From: Auanema rhodensis
Lineage: Eukaryota; Animalia; Nematoda
Length of the DNA: 64,000 bases
Assembly: GCA_964057225.1 (NCBI GenBank)
Contig: OZ059898.1
Coordinates: 13,268,001-13,332,000, forward strand
Reading direction: 5' to 3'
The translations under genes were made by a program, and so were the position numbers. The number at the start of each line of letters is the position of its first letter. The stretch's first letter is position 1. The notes under the pieces are model-generated. The model saw only the letters and a program-made list of their open reading frames with translations. It searched no databases and had not been told where the DNA came from. This document shows positions 19,189 through 33,100 of the stretch, one piece after another.

Positions 19189-20065
19189 TCTGCTAATAAT
19201 ATTTCAACTTGACATCACCGTCTGAGTGTGCGTTGATCGCTTCTTTTTGTAGTATACAATAATATCTTATAGTACATTAATATTTTATCTTTTAGTAGAT
19301 TTTTAATTTTTCTTAATATTCTTTTCTTACTATTAGTCATTTAATGGTTGTAATTGTATCTACCTGTAATTACTATCGTCATATGCGTGCAATAGATGAG
19401 ATTTGCAATAACTTACTGGACCGGTAGACTGCCTACGCACAGCCTTGGACCATCTTCTCTTGCTCATTAATATGAATACATATGTTTTTTATTTAGCTTA
19501 CCATGGTATGTGATTAGTAGAGACTCAATCATTGTTCTTTTGTAAATGGGTTTTGTATTCTTAAGGTGCCTGATTAACCAAGCCTTGCAGATAGTCCTTC
19601 TTAAAAAATGTATTTACTCTGGATCGTGTGTGTCTTGCATAGTTGGAGCCTTTAGTTTCAGAGCTTGTTAATGTCTTATTCTACGTACATGTAAACATTT
19701 CTAGCAGAATCTCATTGGCCCAGAAGTTGATTGTGTTTTCCCTACCCTGTAGTTTTAATACGGTTCATGGCTAATGATGGAGCCTAGTACGGTTGTTAGA
19801 TTCGATATTGGTTAAGGATATAAGTCCATTTGGCTGTTAATTGCTTCCTGCTTGACTCCTCTTTAGCAGAGCTCGGTTCCTTTACTCAAGTATTTAGTTT
19901 TTGTATATTATTAAGTAACTAAGGACATCCTCTGCATGTTGATCAAACATTGTAAAATAAAGCTTTTCGATTTTATTTTTTAAATGTTGTTGAAGCGTAT
20001 AAGACGCATAATATTCCAAATAATGTTGGGTAAGGTTATTATATTTCATGGTAATTCATTTCAAG

Positions 20066-20607
20066 ATGTCAGCAGTTGTTGATGATGAAAATCCTCCAAC
20101 CACAGCCTATGCTTTTGGGGTAATTGAGTAAAAGAATTTTAACGACACATGTGTACCCTTTCAGATTTTCAAAGATCCTGAGCCAGGGTTCACTCAAACA
20201 GCAATTTCGGTTGGTGCTAACTTCATAATGACAAATATGGTATTATACGGGTTAACGGGACGAGGCAGAATGTCCTAGTAAGTTCAATGTATCATTTTAA
20301 AACTGTTTACTTTTGGATAAATCCTATGAGTAATAGATAAGCATTGATCCCACTTTTAAGTTTGATGAGTATGGCCACTATTCCTTGTTCAGTATTTTTG
20401 TGTATTAGAGATTCTCAGAAAGATTATGAAAAATGGAAAGAATTAAGAGTTTTACGACTAAGAGGAGTACCTGAAAGGTAACTAAAAATCCCAAACCATT
20501 ATATGAGAAAGCTGTTTTTCAGGTTTTTACCTTACAAATGCAAATATGATTGGACTGATTTCGATAAAAAGAAAACCCAACAAGACTTAGAGCGATTAGA
20601 ACGATAA
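20066..20607 (+). CDS. Small (~120 aa) 4-exon protein with a central hydrophobic hairpin; function unknown
   Basis: Acceptor tttcaag abuts the ATG. Clean GT-AG exons give MSAVVDDENPPTTAYAFG-IFKDPEPGFTQTAISVGANFIMTNMVLYGLTGRGRMS-...-KDYEKWKELRVLRLRGVPERFLPYKCKYDWTDFD...ER*. Confidence 0.8.
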
Positions 20608-21122
20608 CACCTTAGATGATTAAATATTTTTATTATTTTTGTTTTGAAGTTGAAGCTGGAGTTTAGTTATATTAATAAACTTTCATAGAATAGTCTCAAT
20701 TTTTTAAATTTTTTTACACGGATTTTTTGGATTTCAATTATTTACCGCGCCAGAAAAAAATTCATATTTTGTATATCTGCGAATTTGTCATCTAAATTCA
20801 GTTTAACTAGATCTAGATCCTTCTATATACAGGATTTTAGATATGATGTTGCTCTTTGAAGATGGCTGCAACCGCTTCCTTTGTTCACTCAAATGAAAAT
20901 GAACTTATTACACTAAATACACAATATGGTTATATTACAAGTGCATTCGTATCATGAAAGGAATTAAAATACGTTATAAATAATTTCTAATTCTGCAGGA
21001 CTATTACTCATTATGATTATATCTCTTTATTATGAAGACATTTTAAAGTTTATTTACAATTGTCACTTCATCATATCTTCCCCTCTAAACAATAAATAAT
21101 GCTGATAAATAGCTGTACAATT

Positions 21123-21797
21123 TCAAGCAGCAGTATCTTCTGGTGTTTGCTGCTTAATTGGCAGTAAATTCAACTTTAGCATAATATAGCAGTCCTCATC
21201 AAAAATTTTTCCATCCATTGAATAAAATTTTGTGCCTGGCATAATTGAAAACGTGTTGCAACTGGAGATAGAGAACATACCTTTTATGATGTTGTTACAT
21301 TTATTGCATTTCACACATGATTTGTGACAAAGCTGATTTTGCAATAAAACAGTATTTTCATACAAAGTTCCAAGACAAACTGAACAAATGGAGACGCTAA
21401 TAAATGTATTTTATATTTTACTTGTGCATTTAGGGTGCTTAAGAGTCATATAACAATCCAAACATGAGGGACCGCTCTTTTCATACTTATATGATTCATT
21501 TCTTAGTAATACCTATTCTACTGATTGAAACACTCTAAAAACTACATTACCTGACAAAACGTACAAGTTAGATGATTTTCATGATATATTTTTCCATGCG
21601 ATAGCACAACTTTTCCCTATGTTTATGAACAATTGTAAAATCTCTAAGAGAAATGATTTCAAACTTCTTTTAAACAATTTCTAGTAATGTTCTTCGAGCA
21701 TTTGTCACATTTTATGACGTACTTCTGACTACTCCTCTTAAATAGTTTAATAAAAAATTAAAGTTTCATATTTTCTCACAGATGATTCTTGTGACAT
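21123..21797 (-). CDS. Two-LIM-domain zinc-finger protein, multi-exon
   Basis: CDKC...YHENHLTCTFC...CLDCY followed by CTIC...CHKSCVKCNKC...FDEDCY, matching two LIM consensus patterns. The start codon is tentative. Confidence 0.82.
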
Positions 21798-21980
21798 TAG
21801 GAATGCTAGTTCACAACCGATTTCGAAGTAAATGAATATTAAAATAATGAGGATTTATGACATCTTTTCATTTTTGGTCTTTGCAATTGATGAGAATGGT
21901 TGCTACGGTAGCTGAACTAACTTATTGAAAACAATATATTAAAATTAATAAATAAAATTGCTCCTTTCGTCTATAGCGAT

Positions 21981-22703
21981 TTATCCAAAATAATCCCAAT
22001 AGTCGTATCCAAAACGGTTACAGGCACATCCTCCGAAATTCACACATGAAGGCAAACATGCTGGCATACAGCAAGTACAACATGTGTTCCCCTAAATCAT
22101 GAAAGGGTATACTATTTAGCATACCATTAGAAACCTGTACAGCTGCTGCAGTTAAAGGAAGGGCAACTGGGAAGGCGCGTCCACTATTTAATCCGCAACC
22201 AACACATGGTCTTGGCGCCTTAAAAGAACGTTTGAATTATATAATAGATCTTCCCGCTCACGGGATTGTCACAGCAGAGGCGATTGCCGGGGCCACATGG
22301 ATTGTTACAGACTGAAATGGTGGATCATTGAATATGGATGATGCATAAAACATACAATTATTGCCACAACCACGGCCATTACATCCTCCTGCTCCACAAC
22401 CGCGACAGCCTGAACCGCAGCCATTTCCACGACATCCTGCTCCACACCCCATTGCACCTAGATTCTCATATAAAAAATAAAATTATGAGAAAACCAACCA
22501 CATTGCCGTTTAACTCTCCGGCTTCTAACATCGTTAACAGGCTGTGAGAAGTGAGTTAAGGGGGGTAACTGGGGTTCTAATAGAAGGCCATTTTTTTGAT
22601 CTCCAAGAGTATTCTGCAACTTCTCGGAGCTATTATGTTTGCTGACAAGATCAGAAAGAATCGCAGAAGGAAGCAATATCATTAGAATACTGATTAGTTT
22701 CAT
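21981..22703 (-). CDS. Secreted Cys/Gly-rich proprotein with a furin-type site
   Basis: Signal peptide MKLISILMILLPSAILS, then RVKR|Q, GCGAGCRGNGCGSGC repeats, CNNPCGPGNRLCCDN and CCTCCMPACLPSC; ends YDYWDYFG*. Five exons. Confidence 0.85.
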
Positions 22704-23548
22704 GTCGGGATTCGAAGTGAATTCAGCGGAAAATGAACTGAAATCTGGAGAAGTTTTGCGAAATGAAATGCTTAAATAACCATGTCGAAGAAAAGTATTA
22801 TAAAAAAATGGAAACTTTTAAGAGTATAAAAGTCGTGCACATAGACCAGTGTCGTGTCAAAATACATATAATTCAGAATGAATGTCCGAACACTTGGAAA
22901 TTCGATACCTTCTAAGAAGCGATGCTCTTCATACTAGGTCTATTCGCTCCTCCTCTCATTGAAAGTTGTCTTTGGAAATTTAATTGAACACAATAGAGAA
23001 TAGAGCACAAAGGTGAAACAAAATTAATCGGTTTTAGTTTCTTGCTCTTCTCAGAAGAAAGCTGCAGAATATGAGGGACTTATTTTTGACTTCAGAACGA
23101 AAGTCAATGATGAGAAAATCGCTTCGTTAAGCTTGTTACACAAGGAAAGATTTAGAACGTTTAAGATTCAATAGGTTGGACCTTTTTCTATACCACCCCT
23201 TATTGTTCTATTGTTTTCCTAGAAAACTGCTAATTGTTTGTTATTAGACCTGCGGACACTTTAAGGTCTTTATGCGATACTTTTCTAACCTCTGTGAGAA
23301 ATTGGATACGAAAGCTGGAGCACGTATCACAAATTACTTGACACTAAACACTTGGAAGGAAGCTCAATTCGTCTAATAAGAGACGGTAAACGAATGAAAA
23401 CATCTATTTTCGAACAACTTTATAATTGCTTCATCAAACGACAGAAAATTACACACACAAAAAAACGTATTCAACAAGATCATTAAGGATTAAATGATAC
23501 AAGTTATTAACAGGCAAATTCTGAACACAAATGGTTAGACATGTCGAT

Positions 23549-25116
23549 TTAACTATTAAACGAAATACGTTGAATGAGATACTCAATGAGCCCCCAGCTG
23601 TTGCGTTCGTAAGCATCTGAAAACCATTCAGTAGATCTTTAATTCATAATGACTATACCTCGAACGGAAAGAACAGCTTCGTCGACACCCTTTCCCATAA
23701 CGACTTTAATTTCCCCATCGAGCTTAGTCAAGCCAATAATGTGATCTAAAATGACAATTAGGTCTCTAACTTCAGAGGCAGATACTAACTCTCGTCATTG
23801 GTGTCCTCGTTGGTTGGATCAGGAATGATACATACGGGCTCGTCATGTGAAGAGCTTGAAGAAAGAACTTGGGCCATGTCCTGAAAAAAGTCAATATCTC
23901 GAGAAAGATTATATATCGACTTACAGGTGGGCTATTATTCTCCAAAGGATTAGCAGCAAACTCTGGAGAGTTCTGCAAAAGAGGAAATCAAGTCATTGAA
24001 AATAAAATGAATTCGCTGAAATTGATTAAGAATTCAATTAAGCCACTCACAGGAGTACCAAAAGCTTCGAGAATAGCGTCTGTGATCCTGGAAGTAATGA
24101 TAGCTGAACGAAGAGATTTAGCGATTCCGTTTTCAGCTTCGGTAGCTGTTTCAAGTTCTTCGTTCACAGCATCAACAACCGCTGGAGATGGGGTTGCGGT
24201 TTCGCCGGCGTCTGAGTCAGGCAAGGATGGTGGGCGTTGTTCAGGGTCCTGAAACGATGACGTAACTATGATACATGTAGAACTCTAACAGCATCTTTTG
24301 ACTCAGCATGTGGATTTGGGCTACTGACAGGTGAAATAACCGGTGGGACAGAATCCAAGTGAATCGAAAAAGCAGCGACGTTGTTTTTATCATCATTGGG
24401 ACTAACAACATCAATTGGTAGAGCATCGAGATCTTTGAGATCAGCTTGGCCTTCTTCTTCTTCTTCTTCTTCGGGAACATCGTCTTCACCGCGATTTTTT
24501 TCATCTTGGCGTCTAAATGTGCGTTGAGAATTTCTAGTAACAAACAAGATACATACTGTTTTTTCGTTGGGGTTCCTTCGCAATTATTGCAGCTACTGAA
24601 AAAAAAACATCACATAAATCTCTCAATCGAGATTATACCTGCTTCTTCTATTCCGTTTCCCTGGTGATTTAGCCGGATTCTAAATGCGTATGAGTTAACA
24701 AGCCACGATTAGAAAAAAAACAAACGAAATTGGCTTTAACAAGATATTTATTCAATGCTTCTGAAGCATTGGCCAAATTTTCACGGGGTTCCCATGAATC
24801 GGATTTCTCGTCATATCCGCTCCAGCGGATCTTAACAGATAAGAATAATTAAAGTCGTCGCACAGTTTAAAACCTTAAACATAAGTTGTCCGCTGTCAGT
24901 GACAATGTGATCCAAAACATCTTCAATTTCAAATTCTTGGTTATTTTCCGGAACTTAAAAAAAAAGCATTAAAAGAAAAATCTGCATAAATACCTTCCTC
25001 CTTTTTCTTCTTTAAAGCTTCCCGCGTCTTTTTCTGAAGGATGAAATTTGAAATTACTGTAAAAAATCATTAAAACTTACGGCGGCTGTCGATCTACCTC
25101 GAGATCGGCCGGTCAT
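23549..25116 (-). CDS. HP1-like protein: N-terminal chromodomain, long acidic/Pro hinge, divergent chromoshadow domain
   Basis: Chromodomain EFEIEDVLDH...LMFKIRWSGYDEKSDSWEPRENL. The C-terminus HIIGLTKLDGEIKVVMGKGVDEAVLSVRDAYERNSWGLIEYLIQRISF* follows the chromoshadow pattern. Confidence 0.85.
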
Positions 25117-25589
25117 ATTCACCCTAAAGCAAGAACAACTTATATTTTAGAAATATAAAACAAAATATTCAATAAAATAATGAAATAGACAGAGGCATAA
25201 TTGGCTCGGCCATGCAGGCCTAGCATAGCCCATTCAATAAATTTCATGACGTTTTTTATATGAAAGATGCAAATATCACCATTGCGTACTCGACCTTTGT
25301 TAGACAGGCCTAAAAACTAACGGACAGTTATCATAGCTGTGTCATCATCAATGGAATCGAAAATGAATTTTTCCTCCAGCAAAGATCTATTTAATGTTTC
25401 CGTAACTTTAAACCATCCATTATTATTTTGAAAACATTTTCCTGATTTCTTCTATCGAAGAAATAAATTGTATCATTGTGCAAAAGTAATATTTTTGTTC
25501 GGAGGCCTCGAACACTTTCTTTCTGATGGTCCTCTTACATATTCTTTGAAAATAATTATTTATAATTTTTATCAAGGGTACAATCAGTC
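25117..25589. promoter_or_regulatory. Divergent intergenic region between the HP1-like gene and ABCF1
   Basis: Head-to-head ATGs about 470 bp apart. Function is inferred from position. Confidence 0.5.
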
Positions 25590-28226
<2,637 letters not shown>

Positions 28227-28351
28227 GAATATATTTTGTTTTTTTAAACATTTTTCTATTTGTTTTTCTTGAAGTCTTTCTCTAGGCTGTCATACTTTTT
28301 ATTGTTGAAATGTTTTTAGTGTTTCATATCATTATATATTTTAAGGTTATC

Positions 28352-29786
28352 ATGGTTGGGAGAGGAAAACGTGCTGCTCTAGTATGAATATAAATTCGTT
28401 TTCTCTTATTTTGTTTGTTTTATTTCAGAATACGAAAAAAACAAATGTAGCTTTCGCAATAAAAAAGCAGAAGAAACTTTTCAAAAAGAAGGATTCTGTA
28501 TCTATTGTTGATAAAGTTCAAGTTGAGGATATGGAAGTTGATGATCCTTCAGTTAATGTACAGGTAAAGAAACTATTTATTTCTCAAATTATAGAGATCC
28601 AAAGTGTGAGTGAAAATAATATATAATAAGAATAAGAATATAATTCTTTTGTCAAAGTTGTTGGATATGAGTTTCTTTTTATTTGCCCATCATTGCTCCC
28701 ATCATGGCTCCCATAACAGCTCCTCTGAGAAGGCCAGTTCCGGGGTCCATTCTGCCGTGCATTCCATAAGGTCCATGCATTCCTCCGTAAGGTCCGTGCA
28801 TTCCTCCGTAAGGCCCATGCATTCCTCCGTAAGGTCCGTGCATTCCTCCGTAAGGCCCATGCATTCCTCCATAAGGTCCATATCCTCCATAAGGGCCATG
28901 CATTCCTCCGTAAGGACCATGCATTCCTCCGTAAGGACCATGCATTCCTCCGTAAGGGCCATATCCTCCATAATGTCCTCCATACATGCCTGGACCTATA
29001 TATATATATAACATTATTGGAATATTCAAAAGAAAAAAGAAAAACATACCCATTCCGAATTGAGCGAGAGCGCAACTAACTAGCATGAAAACAGTTACAA
29101 TTTGAACGGCGTACTTCATGGCTTAAGTGAAAACGAGGACAATAGTTGGTAGTCTTGAAACAAAATGACGAATGTGTTGTTTCCACTGTCCATCACCTTT
29201 TATAGCAAATGCTTGCTGTAAAGTATTCGACCATTTAGTGCTTCACAATGAACCTTCTATTGGGACATTATTACAACGTGTCTTTATTCTATTGTTCTTA
29301 TTGGGGAAAAAATTGCAAATAAACTTGAAGAAAGTGATGAATAATATGTAAAAATTTGATTTTCAGAAGAAACCCAAGAAAATATCCAAAAAGAAACAAA
29401 AAAAAATCGCCATGAATGCCGGAGATCCTCATAGAGACACACAAGTCAACTCAAATAAAGTCAAAAGACATCAGCTGCCTTTCAAGGAAACGTATGAATA
29501 CCTTATCATATTAATCAATTCAAAATAGATTCATTTTAATATTTAATATTAATATTTTTTTAATATTCGGTATTTTTTTGTTTTTTTTTTAGTTCAATCG
29601 CTGGTGCTGCTGCCCCAAGGCCGTCCTCTAAAGTTGTTAGTGCTCAACACATCTCTAAGAAAAGAGTAAGAAAAACATTGAATCATTTTTGTATTTTAAA
29701 TTTCAATATAGGCCAAGAAAATAGAAAAGGCCAGAAAACGTGCAGCTAAAGAGAAAGAAACTCAAGAGAATGCTATGCAAGATTAG
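28352..29786 (+). CDS. Small Lys-rich protein, C11orf98/Alb1-like (putative 60S biogenesis factor); 5 exons, intron 2 (28564-29365) hosts a nested gene
   Basis: Exons join in frame: MVGRGKRAAL / NTKK...KKQKKLFKKK...VNVQ / KKPKK...PFKET / SIAGA...HISKKR / AKKIEKARKRAAKEKETQENAMQD*. The family call rests on recalled motifs (KKKLFK, SKKRAKKIE). Confidence 0.75.
28679..29119 (-). CDS. Nested secreted Gly/Tyr/Met/His-rich peptide, caenacin/NLP-type antimicrobial-like; 2 exons (29050-29119, 28679-28995)
   Basis: Signal peptide MKYAVQIVTVFMLVSCALA|Q, YGG repeats, and C-terminal GLLRGAVMGAMMGAMMGK* (GK amidation signal), as in C. elegans CNC and NLP-24/29-class peptides. Confidence 0.88.
   Translation of the reverse strand: MKYAVQIVTVFMLVSCALAQFGMGMFFFFLLNIPIMLYIYIGPGMYGGHYGGYGPYGGMHGPYGGMHGPYGGMHGPYGGYGPYGGMHGPYGGMHGPYGGMHGPYGGMHGPYGGMHGPYGMHGRMDPGTGLLRGAVMGAMMGAMMGK
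28757..28960 (-). repeat. 21-bp coding tandem repeat (GPYGGMH)n
   Basis: Plus-strand unit is approximately taaggNccRtgcattcctccg; there are 8 perfect heptapeptides plus the variants GPYGGY and GPYGMH. Confidence 0.95.
29198..29204 (-). promoter_or_regulatory. TATA box of the nested peptide gene
   Basis: Minus-strand TATAAAA about 80 nt upstream of the ATG at 29119. Confidence 0.6.
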
Positions 29787-30198
29787 GATGATTTTTGTTT
29801 TTGTTTTTGTTTTAATTTTGTTATTGTTACATACTCCTTGTTGAACTTTTTTTGTTATGAATCTGCCAGATGTGGTAGATTGTAAATCTAACACGGATTT
29901 CCGGATAATATTTTCTTTGTTGAAACCTCGTTTCTCATTTTTGTCTTGGAGTTTAGGGCTCTAATTGGTAATTGACGTGATTGTGGTGTGGGAACTTGCT
30001 CTCAGCGGTCGCGAATTAGAATAAACAGGTTGAATTATATTAACATTAGGTTGCAATATATAATGCTTGAAAGTATGAAAATGATATTTAAGCTGTCAAT
30101 CAAATATAAATCTGATTTCATTTTTCTTATTACACTTAGTATCGTGCCACTTATTATAACTGGGATTGGTTGTGATAAAGTATAATTTTCCATTTCAG

Positions 30199-33100
30199 AT
30201 GGATAAGAATCTTGGTATAGTTGTGGCATGTCTGTTTGACAACATGCAATTGGCTAACTATGTACTAGCGTTAGAAGATAGAGTATAGGAAAATTAATGT
30301 TAACTCGAAAGAAAATATCAAATTATAGAAAAAAAGTGATTCGAATCCTTCTAGAATTTTTTCTGTTCACAAAAGTGCTTTTACTTTACCTCCAGAATTC
30401 CGCAATGAGGAGCTGACGGTTAGAAAGAATCTACAGTAAAAATGATTATACTTATCATGTTATTACTAAAACATGTTATAGACGTCGCGTTGAAAGACCT
30501 CTCTTATTTGGCGATTGTATCGAATGGAAAAGCGGAAATAGACAAAATGATAATTCTGATTATATAATGTCATTTGATAGAGTTTCAAAACGTTTTGAAA
30601 GTAGATGTAAAGATGGAAAGAGTCAGGTGAACAGTTGCCATTCTGATGGATTTCTAAAAGTGTTTCTAGATCAAAGTAGACGGATGTTTTGACCCCAAAA
30701 ATCCACGTAGATTTTGGTCGCTTTCTTTTCCCAATGTATACGTTGGTTTGTTCTTCATTATTAGCAACCTACGGTATCACACCTATTTCCAGCGCGATCC
30801 AATGAAGCTGTAGCTCTACCCAACGTGTATCTGTCGGCCTGGATTCAAATAGAAGTCATTCAAATTTGATTAAAATGAAGAATAAAGTATACATTACAGA
30901 TCGATGACGATAAAGTATGTCATTTTGACTTGGATGAAATAGAGTGTATTTGTGAACCCTCTGATCAAGGAAATGTGGCTAGTGCTGTAAGCGAAATCAT
31001 ACAGCTTGAAAGATTCATAATTCTAACTTAGCCATGGAATATTTCAACTAACAAATATAATACGGTAACCATGTTTGATCTGGACGATGACGAAGATGAT
31101 TTTGGTTTTACTGATAATAATATCATTAATAACCAGCCGAAGCAGGTTAACATGGAAATGTTTCTGCTTTATCAAAAATTATTTAGGTGCTTTATAATGT
31201 TATTGGCTTTGCTGTTGATAGTAAAAGCTTTTTTGTTGATACTTTACCGCAATATAAGTTTTCTTTCGTTTTCTTCAATGAACCAGCCGTCTCAGGTTGA
31301 TACATATCAATGAAAGCTTGCATTTATAATTTTCCAGGAAGTTATTATAAATTGGAAGCTATCTGGAATCGTTTTGATAATTATTACATGGTCAATAAAG
31401 CGCTTATGAAGAAAGATCTCAATAACTTCAAAATTGATGGAACCGGAAGGGTATGTTTTCTACAGTATACAATAAACACAACCGTTTCGCCTGTCCAACA
31501 TCATTGAAATGACTACACGATGTTGTGGTTGGTTTCGTTATTTGTAATATAATTATATCTATCTGATGAGGTAAGTTTTCAGATCCGAACATCAGTGAAA
31601 ACATATGAACATGCTGGTATTTTCGAAACAGCGAAACTGGGGCTTTTGGACGATCCTTTGAAGAAATTAGCTATGCTTCACCTCTCCCCATATGCATCTT
31701 CTAGCTTTATGGTATTCAAACCTTTACCCATAACCATTAAAAATATTGCATTTGTTACAGGTAGCTGTAGAAGATGGTGATCCATACCATAAATTCCGTT
31801 TCAGAATTATTGATATCATCGACCCAAAAGATCGTTTGAATAACTATCTCCATGCAGAGGAAAAGGTATTTGTCCCGTTTCAGCTTGCAAAACATTTTTT
31901 AGATAACACTCAACGATCTACCTGGTGTGGTAATTTCCGAAAAACAAGTATTTTGTTCGTTACACGGGCCTTTAGTTTTCAAGTACCTAAACCAGATTTT
32001 CAAAGTTACTGGTTTTGTTTCAGAGCTCCTTCAAGCATGACTCTCTCTGCTATTGGATCTCATATAAAATTTGATGCAACCTATAATCCTTTGAAAAATG
32101 CAAGTGAATTTAAGAATTCTGATAAATTATATTCGCGTTTTAGGTGTTTGAACTTGAAGATTGGAGAAAAATTGAAATTACAGAAGATGTAACTCATGTT
32201 AAACGTGGTGAATATCAAGTATATATGTTCACCCGCTTCTGACCTTAGCAAATTCGATTTAAGTGTATTTTCAAAATTAAAGCCAGACGAAACCCCCACA
32301 AAGATTTTATTGGATTTCTTAACAGCGAAGATTTTGGCTTAATTGATGCTCGAGATCTTGTAGATACTACTAGTAAGCCAGTGTATGTTACCTAGTTAAT
32401 AATATAAATTATTAATATATTATTTCAGCTTCGATGTATGGATTTCTTACACCGAATCTAATGAAAATGGTGTTCGTGTTGCTCGAACGCCTTTTAAAGT
32501 TGTATCGATTCAAACGAATCCGGAAGATGTGAGCCAATTTTTGCAATTAATTATGTCATTATTTATTTTTTTTCAATCATAGGCTCTTTCAAAACTTGCA
32601 CCTGTAGAACCACCTGAGCCTGTACACGAAACCCGGTTTGATACAGTTCACATGACGAATAATACAGTATGCATGTAAATTGGGTGATTTAATTTCAAAA
32701 TTGATTTAGAATATTCCTGAAGAAGATCCTGCAGCGTCTGCCGAACCAATAACATCGGTAATTTTTAGTTTTTTTTTTTCATTTAATAATTATTCAAATT
32801 TCTAGACTGTATCAGTTCATTCAAATCTAGATATGTTTCGTTATAATGATCCTTTCTTCCCGTCTTCCTCTATTCCACAACGTAGGTTTGAGAATTCAAC
32901 TGCTTTAATGGTTTGTGGACTTATTTTTTTATATTTTCTTTTATCTATTTCACTTTGCAGAACCAGAGGCTCTTATCTCATCGTATGGCTTATTCTTCTG
33001 TTAGTTTTTTTTTAAGTTTTTGCTTTTCTATTTCCATATTTACTAGTCAATTCAAACGGATGACCAATTATCTTATCGTTCATCTATGTACAACGATGGC

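Noticed and set aside
28757-28960. Regular repeat resembling a CRISPR array
   Set aside because: Head-to-tail coding repeat with no unique spacers, in a eukaryotic genome.
28584-29075. Overlapping repetitive ORFs in other frames (LRRNAW, HSSVR, TEECM repeats)
   Set aside because: Shadow frames of the stop-free 21-bp repeat; only the GPYGGMH frame has a signal peptide and amidation tail.
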